A stretch of 64,000 nucleotides of DNA from Fimicolochytrium jonesii (Eukaryota): NCBI RefSeq assembly GCF_025526975.1, contig NW_026515668.1, positions 620,001 through 684,000 of the forward strand, in the 5' to 3' direction. The notes under the pieces were generated by a model. It did not search any database. It was given only the letters and a program-made list of their open reading frames with translations, and was not told the origin of the DNA. A program made the translations under genes and the position numbers. Positions within the stretch are counted from its first letter, which is position 1; every line of letters starts with the position of its first letter. This document shows positions 14,897 to 27,235 of this stretch, one piece after another.

Positions 14897-15459
14897 CTAC
14901 GCCACTTTTCTCGCCGAGGCAGCTCGAGATGCCTCTAATTTCTCCAGTTCCTGCTCCTCCAACTCCCATTGGATATCGACCTTCGATTTCGCGCCTGGGT
15001 GCTCAATAGTGTCTGCCCGTTTCTCGACCGGGTACCATTCTTCCAGCTTGTCTGTTGCGTAGACGCCGCATATCGAGAAGGCTAGCATTCCTACAAGACG
15101 TCACGACATGTGAATTTCCAAATTGTCTCCCTCTCGCGCGATTTGAACCAGGGCATACCTAGACTGATGTAAAGCCGTTGCCGCGGTGTGATCCGGCGAA
15201 AGGATTCGAGGATCTCTTTAGCATTTGGCGCTCCTGGTTCCCGAGCTGGGTGCTGAGCTGCTGCCGTTGCTTGCGCTGTTGCTGTTGCTGGTGCTGGTGC
15301 TGGTGCTGTTGCTGTTGCTGTTGCGTGTGCTCCTGGTGCTGGGGTCGGCGTTGGTGCAGATCGGGGCGGTTGTGTTCGAGGTCGGGGTTGTGGTATTGGT
15401 GGTCGCTGATTCTTTGGTGGCGGGACTGCCCGGAGAAGCGGAAGTGTTCTAAAGACCAT
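14897..15459 (-). CDS. Small single-pass membrane protein of unknown function, possibly mitochondrial; 2 exons (15459-15159, 15090-14897)
   Basis: gtatgc...ttgtag intron joins RITPRQRLYISLG to MLAFSICGVYATDKLEE (TM-like); Pro/Ala/Thr low-complexity N-half; charged C-tail. Confidence 0.6.
15262..15326. repeat. Imperfect (TGC/TGT/TGG)n trinucleotide microsatellite inside the small CDS
   Basis: tgctgttgctgttgctggtgctggtgctggtgctgttgctgttgctgttgc seen directly. Confidence 0.8.
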
Positions 15460-15778
15460 GGCTGTTCTGCTTGCGCTCTGAGATGGAACTGTGCCGGCGA
15501 GTTGTCCTGCTCAATGTCCGTTGCAATTGTGCGGCAGAAAAAGCCACGACGGTGACGAAATATCTCACGCGCTTTTCCAGCTTTTCCAAGTGTGACGTTT
15601 TCCTTTTGCGGACCTTCACCGCGGATATTACTGGAACACATTATAAAGGTCGAACAACCGCAAAGCCCACCTTGCGCCCGCCTCGAGTTCTCTTCACTTT
15701 GTTCACTTGCACTCGTCGCAAGCCGTCCGACCCCACCGAATTACCAAACGACCGCGCAAGAACATACTATCGCCCAAG

Positions 15779-16615
15779 ATGGCAATGCGCATCAGCAACA
15801 AAATTCTGGAGGGCCTCATCAAGCAGGTAAGCAAGGAAGCCTCAACTTGTCGTAATGCACTGGCATGGCTCTGCGACTTTTCCGCTCGATTGCGCACGCC
15901 GCATGTCCTCAATGCCCACCTTTCATCCCTTAGGCGAATAGGGAACTTAGCGCCAGCGCGGACTATCTATCAATGTCTTTATGGTTCGCTGATGTAAGGC
16001 ACCCCATTGATCTGCAATCTCACTTCAATACACTGTCCAATAATGCGTATTATAAAACAGCGCGAACTGCCGGGTTCTGCGGCATGGTGCCGTGCTCACA
16101 GCGAGGAAGAACGTAATCATGGTCTCAAGATTTTTGACCACATCACGAAGCGGAGAGCAAAGGGAGCCCTCGTCCAGCCGATTGACCACGCTGCAAAGTT
16201 TAACTTTGGTCAACCTGTGGATGTCTGGTAAGGTTCCTGTCGGCATCGGCATGACGTCCACAAATGTCGCGCATTACGTTGGTCAATCGCTGATATTCAT
16301 CAACAGGAAATTTGCCCTTGCCAACGAGCAAACCAACAGCTCGGCTATTCTTAGCCTTGTCAAACAGGCGCGAGACGAAAATGACTTTGTCACCGAGAAC
16401 TTCATGCAGTGGTATGTCCAAGAGCAATTGGAAGAAGAGACGGCGGTAATGGAAATCCTTGAGAACGTAAGTAAACGCTTTGTCTGGGGAGCAATGACGA
16501 TGTGACTCTTTCTTAACTCCTTCATTTTGTTCATCCACTTTAGGCCAAACGTGTCGCTGAGACAAACGGCTTGTACGTAGCGTACGACACGCAGATTGTG
16601 ACGAAGCCTCATTAG
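15779..16615 (+). CDS. Ferritin, non-haem prokaryotic (FtnA)-type sequence; 5 exons
   Basis: Spliced product MAMRISNKILEGLIKQ|ANRELSASADYLSMSLWFAD|RELPGSAAWCRAHSEEERNHGLKIFDH..|KFALANEQ...DFVTENFMQWYVQEQLEEE..|AKRV..KPH; ferroxidase-type ligands (E, Y, EExxH, E, EQxEE) present. Confidence 0.88.
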
Positions 16616-17325
16616 ATGGGCGAGGCAATTGCTCCTATCAACGTCCTGCATCTGTTGCACGCGATCACTGAGGCCCCAGGACGCCTGAATGTGCGTACGG
16701 GGACGAAAGGAACACACTACGATCGGCCTTGGGATAAATTCATCGTATGGGCGATAGAAGATCGGAGAAGAGAACAGATCGATGTCATGAACGGAAGAAC
16801 TTGCGGTCGGGGACAGTCTATCCGATAATGGTTGTATGGGGCATTTTTGGAATAGGGAAGACTCGGATGCCATGAATGGATGGACGGAGGGTATGGGCAG
16901 GTCACGTCGAATGGAGAACGCACACCTTACGGAGTCCTGCTGCGAGAAACTTCCAGAAAGATATATAGCGTCCATGAACATAGAGATCACAGTCTAGCAT
17001 ATCAGATTCATTCGACCAGATTTGAATATCTCAAAAGGAATGACATGAACCCTTCGGGATTGTGGAAGGTGTCCTTTCGTCAGAGTTGTTGAAGGGGCTG
17101 TAGTGAGGGAAGAGGCAGCCATGTCAGAGCCATGTCCTAACATCAGCGTGCACGGTGACGAAGCGCGCGCTGACATTTCGACTGAGCTTTTCGCAGTTCG
17201 GGTCGTTTCACGTCTCACCGTCTCAGCAGCTCTCGACACTTCCATCCTAACCGACCGAACCGTTCCCCTTCGCTCCTCCTTTGATATAACCGCTGCGTTA
17301 CAACTGCGTCTCAAAGTTTGCAAAG

Positions 17326-19199
17326 ATGGCCGACCACGAAGGATTGATCGCCCAATTGGCTGACATCACAGGTTGCTCCGCCGACCAAGGTAAGCCATTC
17401 CTTCCCACTCTGAAACCCCGACGGACTGCACATGCTGACTTCCGTATCTCGCAGCCAAATTCTTTCTCGAAGCGAGTAACTGGAACGTCGAGGTATGTTT
17501 ACGATTGGGCAGGCGTGGGGAAACACTCACGCGGTTGGACGCGTGATCTAAGCAGGCACTCCATTCGTATCAGGACGCCGCCAGCAGCTACTACGAAAGT
17601 TCTGAGCGTGGCAGCGCACCAGAGTCGGCCCCACCGGCTACCAGCTCGTCTAGCGGTCCGTTTGAGAGCACAGGGCCTTTCCAGGGAGGAGGCTCGCAGG
17701 GAAGCTCTTCCAAGGCAAAGGCGAAGAACACCAGCAGGTATGTTTTGTGAAGGGTTTCAGGATGTGCCAACTCTCAGATCTCATTCACCGGTCGATCTAG
17801 TTCCCGCGTGAAGACGTTCTCGGAACTTTTGTCAGGCGAACCTAGCGATAGCGAAGATGCCTCGGATGATGAACAGAACTTCTATGCTGGTGGAGAGAAG
17901 TCGTAAGTGGCATCCTTCGCGACACCGCTTTGCTTTGGTTGGCTATTTGATGCCCATACTGCACAGAGGCCTTATGATGCAAGGAGGACCTAAAAGCTCG
18001 AAGAACCCAAATGATCTGGTGAAGGATATCCTGGAGAAGGCGTCAAAGTGAGTCGGTCTCGCACGGGCCATCGAAAGAGGTCGATGCGTTAACCTAGGGC
18101 ACTCCAATCACAGAGCAGGACCTGGACCTGAAGAACCTGTCATCAAGCCTCAAAGATTCACTGGATCAGGTAGGATATACCTACTTGAGCAACGGCCTGG
18201 TTGGACTGCTGACTGTGTGTATTCTAGGGTACCGTCTTGGAAATGAGGATGAGCCTGCCACCTCTGGACCGTCTGTTCCCGTAGTTCGAGGAGAGGCCCC
18301 TGTAAGGCCAGTGGAACCGGTGAGACCAGAAACGAATGACGTCCTGGCAATCGGTAAATACTAAACGTGTCTTTCACAGATCTCTCGATACCTTACTTTC
18401 TGGCGTAATGGATTTAGCATCGACGATGGAGAGTTGCGTGCGTATGATGCCCCTGAGAATCAAGAGTTCCTGAGAGCCATCAACAGCGGGTACGCGTTGA
18501 ATATCTCATTGGTGGGCGTATGGGGATACATATTCACGCGAATTGTGTCGATCCAGACGTGCTCCAACATCTCTCCTGAACGTGGCGTACGACCAACCCG
18601 TCGAAGTCAAAGTAACAAAGAACCTGGAGCAAGATTACGTCCCGCCGGCAAAGAAGCCCATGGCTGCTTTCAGCGGTACAGGAAACCGGCTGGGCGGAAT
18701 CGTGTCGGGAGGGGACAACATCGAAGCGTCTATACCCGGAGCATTCCCAGGCGCGTCGTCAGCGTCTAGCGGTGGTGTTAGTCGTCCGGCAGCGCCCGTG
18801 TCGACGTTTAAGGTGGATGATAGTCAGCCGGTCACTTCGCTGCAGATCAGATTGGCGGACGGAACTAGGTGCGTTGTGATGACCGGTGGACTTGGTAATT
18901 GGTCGGGTGGCTGATCAAGAGACTCCTTTAGACTCGTCACGAAAGCCAACCATACTCACACAATTGGTGATATTCGCGGTTTTGTCAATTCGTGAGTACT
19001 CAGCTTCTGGCCCGTCCTTTGACATTAGTCTCTCATATATACTACTCTCTACCCGAATATGAACAGATCTCGCCCCGAAAACGCGACCCGCCGGTTCGTG
19101 CTCCAGACCGCATACCCCGTCAAAGAGCTATCAGACGACAAGGTCACGCTGAAAGACGCTGGTTTAATCAACGCAGTTATAGTACAGCGCTTCGTGTAG
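17326..19199 (+). CDS. SHP1: UBX domain Cdc48/p97 cofactor Shp1/p47 (UBA-SEP-UBX), multi-exon
   Basis: N-terminal UBA-like (FFLEASNWNVE), FYAGGEKS, TFWRNGFSIDDG.LR.YD.PEN..FL.AI..G (SEP), FSGTGNRLG (SHP box), QIRLADGTR and UBX end. Confidence 0.93.
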
Positions 19200-19568
19200 A
19201 GTTAAGAGCGTACGGTCCAACGACGAGAAACTGTGGTAGGCGTTTGGAAAAGTAGCATCTCAAAGGGTATAGATGCTCTTAGTCTATTGCAAATAGTACG
19301 CATAGTATGGTGGAATCAACAACATTTCCGTGCTTCTGCTTTCCGATTGCCTGTGCTTCGACGGAAGGCTGGTACTCCTCACATTGGGATTCCGGTTCCA
19401 GTCCCACCTCCGCCATCGATATGGCCTGGAATTCATTCCTACGCCGAGTCCCATGACATCCCAGATAAATACAGCCCCAGAACTTTTCATACCCGTCACC
19501 CATCTAACGTTCACGCGATCCAAACTTCTTTCCCCATCCTGCCCGTCTGTAAACCCTCTCAGGCCATC

Positions 19569-19826
19569 CTACTTCTGCTTCTGCTTATGCTTCGGGTTCT
19601 CCCTACATTCGACCCTCAGCTTCCCCCTCCGCTTGCAAAAGAAGCAGTTCTCGCACCGCAGCTTCAGCGCCGTTCGCGTGCGGTAGCCTCGTGTGAAGAG
19701 AAGCGCTGGCGACGTCGTTTGGGTTGGTATTGTTAGGGATGTTGAGGTCGTTGCGAGGGGGATAGAGGGTGAGGCGGAGGTTCGCAGGCGGAGTGGGGGA
19801 AGGATGTGCCGGAGGAGGGCGAACAT
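19569..19826 (-). CDS. RTC6: Mitochondrial ribosomal protein bL36m
   Basis: Presequence followed by RGYRTRTALKLRCENCFFCKRRGKLRVECRENPKHKQKQ (L36 zinc ribbon). Confidence 0.9.
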   Translation of the reverse strand: MFALLRHILPPLRLRTSASPSIPLATTSTSLTIPTQTTSPALLFTRGYRTRTALKLRCENCFFCKRRGKLRVECRENPKHKQKQK

Positions 19827-20363
19827 GCTGAGGAGGTTGGTGGGTGCCGTTGGTGTTAATTCGGAAAGTGGCTATGTCCGGTTTTCGGGGGCAGATTCGT
19901 TATCTATGCGATGCCCTGCGTCGTCGTGCGTCTTCCGAGAGGATATATGGGAGGTAAGTCTGGCGGAATTCTGGGTGGAATTCTGGGCGGAATTGGCGAA
20001 AAAGGGAAGGTTTGGGCGAGACGCGAAGAAAGACCACACTGTGCTCCTTCCGTTTGCTTCAAAAGAGTCAGGGTGGCGGCTATAAACACAAGAACGGAAC
20101 TTCACAGTGTTCGAGCGGGTGGTCTCCAGGGTGGTCTCGGAGAGCGAAGACGAGAGAGCGCTGCAACGGCAGACGAGCAGTGGAGCTCAGACGCAACCCA
20201 TTTCGAGGCAGTCTGACCAACGACGGAGCGAAATCTGAATCGGCAGTCGAACTTACTCGAGATCCGGCTCAGTCCGGGTCCGTACGGTTACGAGCAGAGG
20301 CGCCGAGTTGCATATATGGTCTAGGGTCAAAAGGCGGAACAGTCCCAGAACGACGAAATCAGG

Positions 20364-21084
20364 ATGACCACCGCCGCTGTCGACGAGGCGGCACAGGCCG
20401 AAAACGACTTACCGCTGGAAGTCCTGGCCCGCATCGATGCATCCCTGGGCCAGTTGAACTCCATCATCACCGTCTGCAGTGAATTGCTCACGGATCTTCA
20501 AAATCCTAAACCTCCGCAAATGGGTCAAACGGCGTTGCAAAGCCTGCGGTTCCCTGGATACTTGAAACGCGCTCTGTCAGTACATGACATGCTCGAGCTC
20601 TTGAAGGAGGACTGTGGATATGTCGACGATGCGGCCAAAGGCGTCAATGAGGTGATTTGAGGCCGCTTGCGGGACAGTTACTGGAGATGGCGGGGGAGGG
20701 CTCACTAAGCGTGTTCTGTCCCAGGCGATCGCCAACACAATCCTGGACACTGCGGATCTCGATGCAATGAAGAGAGAATGCGAGGCATTGGAAGTGGTAA
20801 GCTCAGTTCTAGGATACCGGCACAGCGACTCAGCGATGGCTGATGACAGGGTCGCTTCTGATGTGCAGAGATCGAAACATGCGTCAAAGATACTGCGACA
20901 GTGTTTGAAAAGATGCTATCGAGCTCAAGATGTGTTAGCAGAGGTCATGCAAATGGACACGGACGAAGACGTAACGGCTTCGTATCCACCAAAGCCTTAT
21001 TCGGCGCCAGCGGTGTTGGGAGCCGCCAATGGTGGGCGAAAAGGGAAAAGCGCAGTGGGCAGCGATGCAATGGACGTATCGTGA
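20364..21084 (+). CDS. Hypothetical helical protein; 2 exons (20364-20651, 20725-21084)
   Basis: Two same-strand ORFs joined in frame by a gtgatt...ctaag...cccag intron; amphipathic/coiled-coil pattern; no family recognised. Confidence 0.6.
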
Positions 21085-21306
21085 ACGCCCTTCTTCAAAC
21101 AACGGTCGTTAACAGCATATACAATGGCGTCTATAGACACCGCCACAGATCTGTGCATGAAATCTACTTGTTATATTGCATTAATACACATTATACAGAC
21201 AGGCCTATTGAGAATTACATGTCACCTCATGGCGACAACCAAAATTACAACTTTACACAGGACACCTGTCCCCACTCTATGTCCCCATTCTCGTCAGATC
21301 GCTGTA

Positions 21307-23464
21307 TCAGTTCCTCCGACTGTCCTGCGCTCCATCAGGCGCCTTAGATATATCAACGACGCTCCAAAGACTTTCGCGGATGTCATTCGGAGGCGATCGT
21401 CTTGGTGGAACCGGCATAACTACATCGGCTGGTGGAAGCTTATCCTCATCTTTCATGGCTATCGTTCGTTGTGAATCGGAACTCGAAAGACTTCGTTTGT
21501 CACCGTTGATCCCCTTGACCGGGCGGGAAGGGCTGTAGTCGGTCATGATCGAAAGATTGACAGATGAGTTTGCCGAATCGGCGCCTCCAGTACCGGGCGG
21601 AGGACTCATCCACGGTTTGTGAAGGTCCTGTTGATTCGACGGCTGTCTAACTAACGCTTCTCGTGTGTGTGCAGGTGGAGGTGGTGGCAGAGCCGTAAAA
21701 GGCGGCATGCCATTTTTCCTGTAATCCAAACTGCTCCGCCCACTGCCGCGAGGAATGGTAGGTTGTCGCCGCAGATCGGAGCTCGTAGGTCTTTCAATTC
21801 GCGACGGCAATGGCGGGGGTGGGATGTTTTCGCCATCTCCTTCCTCCATCGCCACGATCGTCGTCACATGGCTGCTTTCACCCTCTGTCGCGTTGAAGTC
21901 ACTATCATCGTACGGGGACCTGCCCCATCCCGCTGCCGGATGCATCCATTTCGGGCGGTAAATGTCAATCTCTTCTCCCTGCCCCTTGCCATCTTCTGCA
22001 CCATCTCGCGTCCCCCAATCCGTAACGTGCAGCGTAAAGAGGCAATACACCTTCATGACTGCAAAGTAGATGTTGAATAAAACCCAAATCGGCACGACGA
22101 ACACGTCCTGCGGACGACGTACGAAGTGCGGCATGTACTTGATAACGCGCGTGATAAGAAGCCATGAGAGGTAGCTGATAAGGATGACCCATGTCGCCGG
22201 TTGGTCATCGACATGGTCCCTCTCGGACCGGATGAGGAGATACACCACCGTGACGGGTCCGGCGAGCAACGTGATAGGATTGAAGAACTTGTCGAGCATC
22301 GTAAACGCAACAAACGGATGGCGAGTCCACACAAATCTTTCGGTGAACAGACTCCTCGTATCGCTCCTCCACGTATTTCTCGTCCACCGCAGCAACTGTT
22401 TCAGAAACCGCCAGTTGTCCTTGAAGGTCGATTCCAGCTCGGCTTCGGGACAGGCTTGGATGTAGGTCTTCCAGTTGTGGGAGTGTACCCAGCGCGTTAG
22501 GAACTTGTCGTCGCCGCTATGCTGGTGGTATTTGCCCCGCCAGAACTCGTGTGTGAAGGACCATTGGAAGTCGGGGTCGCGGAGCATGCAGGTTCGGTAG
22601 GCGGCTGTGCGGCCGGAAAGACAGCAGACGCCGCCGTCAATGTAGGTAGTAGCCGTGATCTCTATATTTCGCAGCTGTTCATGTGGACAAGATTATATGT
22701 TAGGAAAGTGCGTCGCAAGAGTGAAGTGACCCAGCCAGGCTAGCATGCGTTGATACATACCGAGATTCGGAAAGCAGCCAAAATCTCCCAGATTGTCATG
22801 TATTTGTGTTGAGGCAAGACTCTTTGCGAGGTACCTGATTGAAGGATGTGTAAGCCATCAGCTATTCGTAACCCGGGAAGACACAGTGGTGATCTTACCA
22901 ACGCCGCCCATCATCCTATCCTCAAACGGCGCCAGCATCCATGTCAGCATCGTCTCAGGCCAAATCACATCATCATCGCAAAACACCGTAATCGGAGTCC
23001 TCACGCGGTTGACTCCCGCCACCATCTGATTTCGCTTGTTCGGCTTCTGCACACATATCACATGCACGCATCGCCCGTCCGGATCGACCTCCCGCGCGAG
23101 CCTCTCGAGCGCTGGCTGAGCTGAGGGAATTGTGATGAAGATGATCTCGAATGGATCGTTGGCGAGCCATGTGCGGATGGCGATCCGGATCTCGTCGCCA
23201 GAGTCGATCGTGGGGACGATGATGGTCACGTCTCGCGATGCGGTGTAGCGTGGATGGCGACGGGGTTTTCGTGGCTTGTAAAGGACATAGGCCAGGATCT
23301 GGGAACGTTCGGAAAAAGTCGAAATATTTAGGTTAGTGTTGAAATTCAGACTTGGTCGTGAGTAAGGTTAAGCGTACCTTGACGAAGAACCAAAACCATC
23401 GGTAAATGCCGATAAACCCCAAAGGCAGGTAGATCGGCAGAGTTTCTTTCGTTAAATAAAACAT
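21307..23464 (-). CDS. Processive GT2 glycosyltransferase (Cps1/hyaluronan-synthase-like polysaccharide synthase); 4 exons
   Basis: N-terminal TM (IYRWFWFF), IVPTID, FCDDDV, CLSGRTAAYR, SGDDKFLTRW, QLLRWTRN (D,D,D,QxxRW), C-terminal TMs, WGTR, disordered tail. Confidence 0.88.
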
Positions 23465-24561
23465 TCTTCGCTACTCGTCTTGGCGGCCAGCGAATGGCTT
23501 CTCAATCGCTCTCTCAAAGTTGAACTGGCTGTGGTGTGGTCAATGTACACGTGCACGGAATTCAAGTCGGTCACTATATTATATATGGGCTGCCGGCGGG
23601 ATATTACTTGCACTTTCCGGAACGATGGACGGCCTAACAAGACCGACGTTTTCGAGGCTACGGCCTTGAAAGAGTCTATATAGTGAGTCTTCCGAGCGGA
23701 TATCTATCTACAGATTTTTACACTTTCGATGTGCAATGAAAGCAAAACTGTACAACTCCGCAAGCGGCAAATATCGAAAGGAAGTCGACACACAACCACC
23801 GGTCAGCGCCGCTGGATGTCTGCCAAGAACTTGCTTGGCCGGCTGGGCGGCAACTGTGTATTCTGAACGGTATACTACGGGGAAACTCCATCTCGTCAAA
23901 CGCGCTGTCGAACTGACTAAGCGATGCTTACCCAAGCACGCGTTCTGTGGATCTTCTTTCGAACCCCACTCTTGGACTTGCACATGATAGAAGCTTTTCC
24001 CCTCTCCGCCCCCAGCTAAGGAATAAGTTCGGGGCTTCAAGACTGTAAGCTTGACACCCTGCTTTTCCTCTAGCCTCATTGAAGATCGTTTCATACCAAT
24101 AATTGTCGCTACCGCTTGTCCGCAGGACGTCACGAGTTTGAGGAGATCAAAACTGCTGCAGCTTTTTCCCAAACTGTTCATGTGCACAAGACTTTTTGAT
24201 CACCTCGAACTATCCCGGTCCGCCACTATCATCCAGCGCTGCAATTTGCCTATCCATCTGGAAATATGGGGACGTTGAGGCTATGTGAGCCCATCTTCTG
24301 CTTTCGACCACACCAAGCTTATCTGAACATGACCTGTTAGTACGAGGCCGGCCGGCATGTGTTTTCAACACCAGTTATTTTCCCTTACCAGAAGTTCGGC
24401 GGCGAAGCAGTGAAGGATGGTGTTGATACAACGACTTCTTCGAACGATGCTTCTCGTGAGCTGCGGGTCAAGTTCGGACTTTAATGTGCAGAATTCGAAT
24501 GAGAACGCTGCTCAGGAGCTACAGCTAGGATGTCCCACGACCCAACCGGGATGCACGGATG

Positions 24562-24653
24562 CACTTGCCAGACGAGGCAATCTCGATGACCACAATAAAA
24601 GCTTTGCCAGACGAGCCGATTTCAACGACCACAATGAAGCTTTGCAAGACAAT
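24562..24653 (+). repeat. Degenerate ~39-bp tandem repeat (2 copies plus a partial third)
   Basis: cttgccagacgaggcaatctcgatgaccacaataaaagc / tttgccagacgagccgatttcaacgaccacaatgaagc / tttgcaagacaat. Confidence 0.7.
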
Positions 24654-25148
24654 CTAACTTTCCTCGCGTTTCCTTATACGAAGCAACCGACATTACGATC
24701 GCCCACCTGTCGATAAGCGCTCCAGGTGTGCGGCCAAGGCAGCTTGCTTGTTGGGTTCTCGACGTATTGGGCCTTGTGAATAGGACTGCTTGCAACCGGA
24801 ATGGGCCGGATGCGGATCCAGATACCGACAAGAATATGGATACGAATTTAAGCTATGATTTCTGGACCAATACTCAGGCTGAAGCAAAGCATCGGGATAA
24901 TTTGGAGTATCCAATCTTTTCGGTATATTACAAGCCATCAAGGCGTTCTTCGTCCGTACAAACTATTTAATACAGAAGGGGTGTCAAAAAAAAGGATTGT
25001 CCCAAAATAGTGGGGTCTAGTGCAAAATTCTATGAGCTGAGCTGCCTTCGAGGCAATGAACATGCTGCAAACAAGCCAACGGATTTCCTCCGTCGGGAAG
25101 GCCTGGTCATTTCTTTGATATCAACGTCCAAGAAGAAACGATGCTGCC

Positions 25149-27235
25149 TTAATGGGCGGCGACGAGGCAGCCGGAGGCGGGGGGGAGCTGGGCGCTCTTG
25201 TAGAAGCACCAGGGAGTGCCGGAGTTGGGGGCAGCGGCCTTCCAGCAGCATCCCTTGGCAGCGCAACCGTTCTGGTCAATGCCGGCGTAACCGCAGTCGA
25301 TCTTGGCGGAGTCAGCAACAACGCAGGTGTCGACGTTGGTGGGGGTGGCGGAGGGGATGGACTTCACAGTGGAGGTGGGGGCGACAGTCGGGGCGACGGT
25401 GGCGCTGGGGAAAGTGCCGGCGACCTTGTTGAAGCACCAGGGGGTGGCGGAGTTGGGAGCGGCGGCCTTCCAGCAGCATCCCTTGGCCTCGCAACCGGAT
25501 TGGTTGATACCGGCGAAACCGCAGTCGGTCTTCTTGGCGTCGTCAACGGGACAGACGAGAGCGGGGAGACCGGTAGCGGCGGCGGTGCTGGTAGCGCGGG
25601 TGGAGGTAGCGGGAGCGGTGGGGGTAGGGGTGGCAGTGGGGACGACAATGGGGACACCGCCGGCGACCTTGATGGCCTGGTCACGAGCGATCGAGGCGGA
25701 GATGAAGGACGCGTAAGACCAGGCGAGATCGTTGGTTCCCTGCTGGGCACCGGTAGCGAACTGGAACTGCTCGGACGCATAACCTTCCTTGGTGACGTAC
25801 TTGCTGGTACGACGGATGAAACGATCACCGTGATCGAGGAGAAGACCCAGGGTCTGCGCGAAGAGAGGGCTGGACTTGGGGATGGTCTGCTTGGTGTTGA
25901 CACCGATGAAGCTCCAGAATCCGGCGTTGACGTCGTTGATAACGATGCTTCCGGTGCGGCTGTACTGGTCAACAGCTTTGTACAGGGTCTCGGCGAGAGC
26001 GTTGGTGGCGAGGAACCAGAAACCGGCACCTTTGCTATCCTTGTACGTGTAGCCAAAGGGGTAACCGTCATAGATGTCCTCGGGGTAGCGTCCGACGGCA
26101 GGGTTCATGGGGAGACCGTTGAAAGTGGTCTCTTTCTGGTTCAACGACCAGTCGGACAGGCTCCGGGGGGGCTTGTACAATCCCTGAGTGAAAGCCTGGA
26201 CGATCTGGTAGAAAGTAGCTTGGACCTGCTCGTTAGTGGCGGGGAACACCTTGTCGTCGGAACCGTGGATGACGGCCAGTATGGAGGAGATGTCCAAGAA
26301 GTGACCCGCGTTAACCTTTGCGCCGGCACCTTCGTTGTCGCCACCGTTGCGGGCGCCGTTGAGGGTAGCGTGGATGTGGTTACCGTCCCAGTACTTGCCG
26401 AGAGAGTTCAGGATGCTGGCGGCGGTGTTGCGGTAAATAGTGGCATCAGCAGCTCCACCGAGTTTCTCGACAACGGCGGCACCATCAGTCAGTGCACGAT
26501 ACTGGGCAACGTTCTGGAAGAAGTGCTGTCCAATGACCTCCTCCCAAGGCTCGTAACCGTCAGCCAAGCTCCAGCTGCGGACGACGGAGTCCAGGTCGGT
26601 CTTGAGAACGGAGTTAGGGTCGTTGGGGCTGTAGTACTTGGCGAAGCTGTTGGTGGCAGCGGCGAACTTCATGAAAGCGATCGCACGAAGGGCGGGACCG
26701 TCGTACTGGGGGCTCATCCATTGCGCGTATGGAACACCGTCGAGATCGTACTTTGTCCATGCTTGTTTCTCGGTGAACCAGCCAGGAGTGCTGGTGCGAG
26801 CGTTCTTCTGGGTGAGTTGAGTCCACTTGAAGAAGAGGTCGAAGTTGGAGGCGATCTCGGCGTCCGTTTTGCCAGTGGCGGCGTACAGATCCGCGAGAGC
26901 GGCCATGCTGAGACCTGAGGGATGAGAGATATGTGAGTAAATGACGCATGGACGGAAACGACGGAAACCAGGCAAATTAGGGAACACATACCTCCATCAC
27001 GGACCCAGTAGTATTGGTACTCGTCTCTGGGAAGTGGGGCAGCAGCACCAGCGACGAGGGCACCGGTGGTCTGGTTGATGTGAGCGATGATGCGCTCCTT
27101 TCCGAAGGGGACCTGAGTCTTGAGGAACTGAGTGATGTCGGAGCTCTCGGCACGGCGGACGGGGACGGAGCGAGCGTCGACAGCAACGCTGAAAGCGAAG
27201 GCCGTGAGGATGGAGAAGGTGGTGGAGAACTTCAT
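25149..27235 (-). CDS. Secreted GH15 glucoamylase with Thr/Pro linker and two C-terminal trefoil (P-type) domains; 2 exons (27235-26992, 26914-25149)
   Basis: Signal peptide MKFSTTFSILTAFAFSVAVDA and RR pro-site; Y.YYWVRD, PQYDGPALRA, WEEV (general acid), AVGRYPEDIYDG, WFLAT, SEQF (base), DLAWSYASF; two C-x9-CG..GI....C...GCCW.......PWCF repeats; strong C-ending codon bias. Confidence 0.93.

Noticed and set aside
15159..15641. PolyQ/His ORF (minus) and poly-Cys/Trp ORF (plus) over the microsatellite
   Set aside because: Alternative frames of a trinucleotide repeat; only the Ala/Thr/Pro frame splices onto the downstream TM-containing exon
16616..17100. Short ORFs between ferritin and SHP1, including a 235-aa minus-strand ORF overlapping ferritin
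   Set aside because: No recognisable motifs, coding-like bias or splice model; partly antisense to ferritin
25152..26918. 588-aa Gly/Val-rich ORF on the + strand
   Set aside because: Antisense shadow of the glucoamylase; strong codon bias on the minus strand removes stops in the mirror frame, and no motif is recognisable
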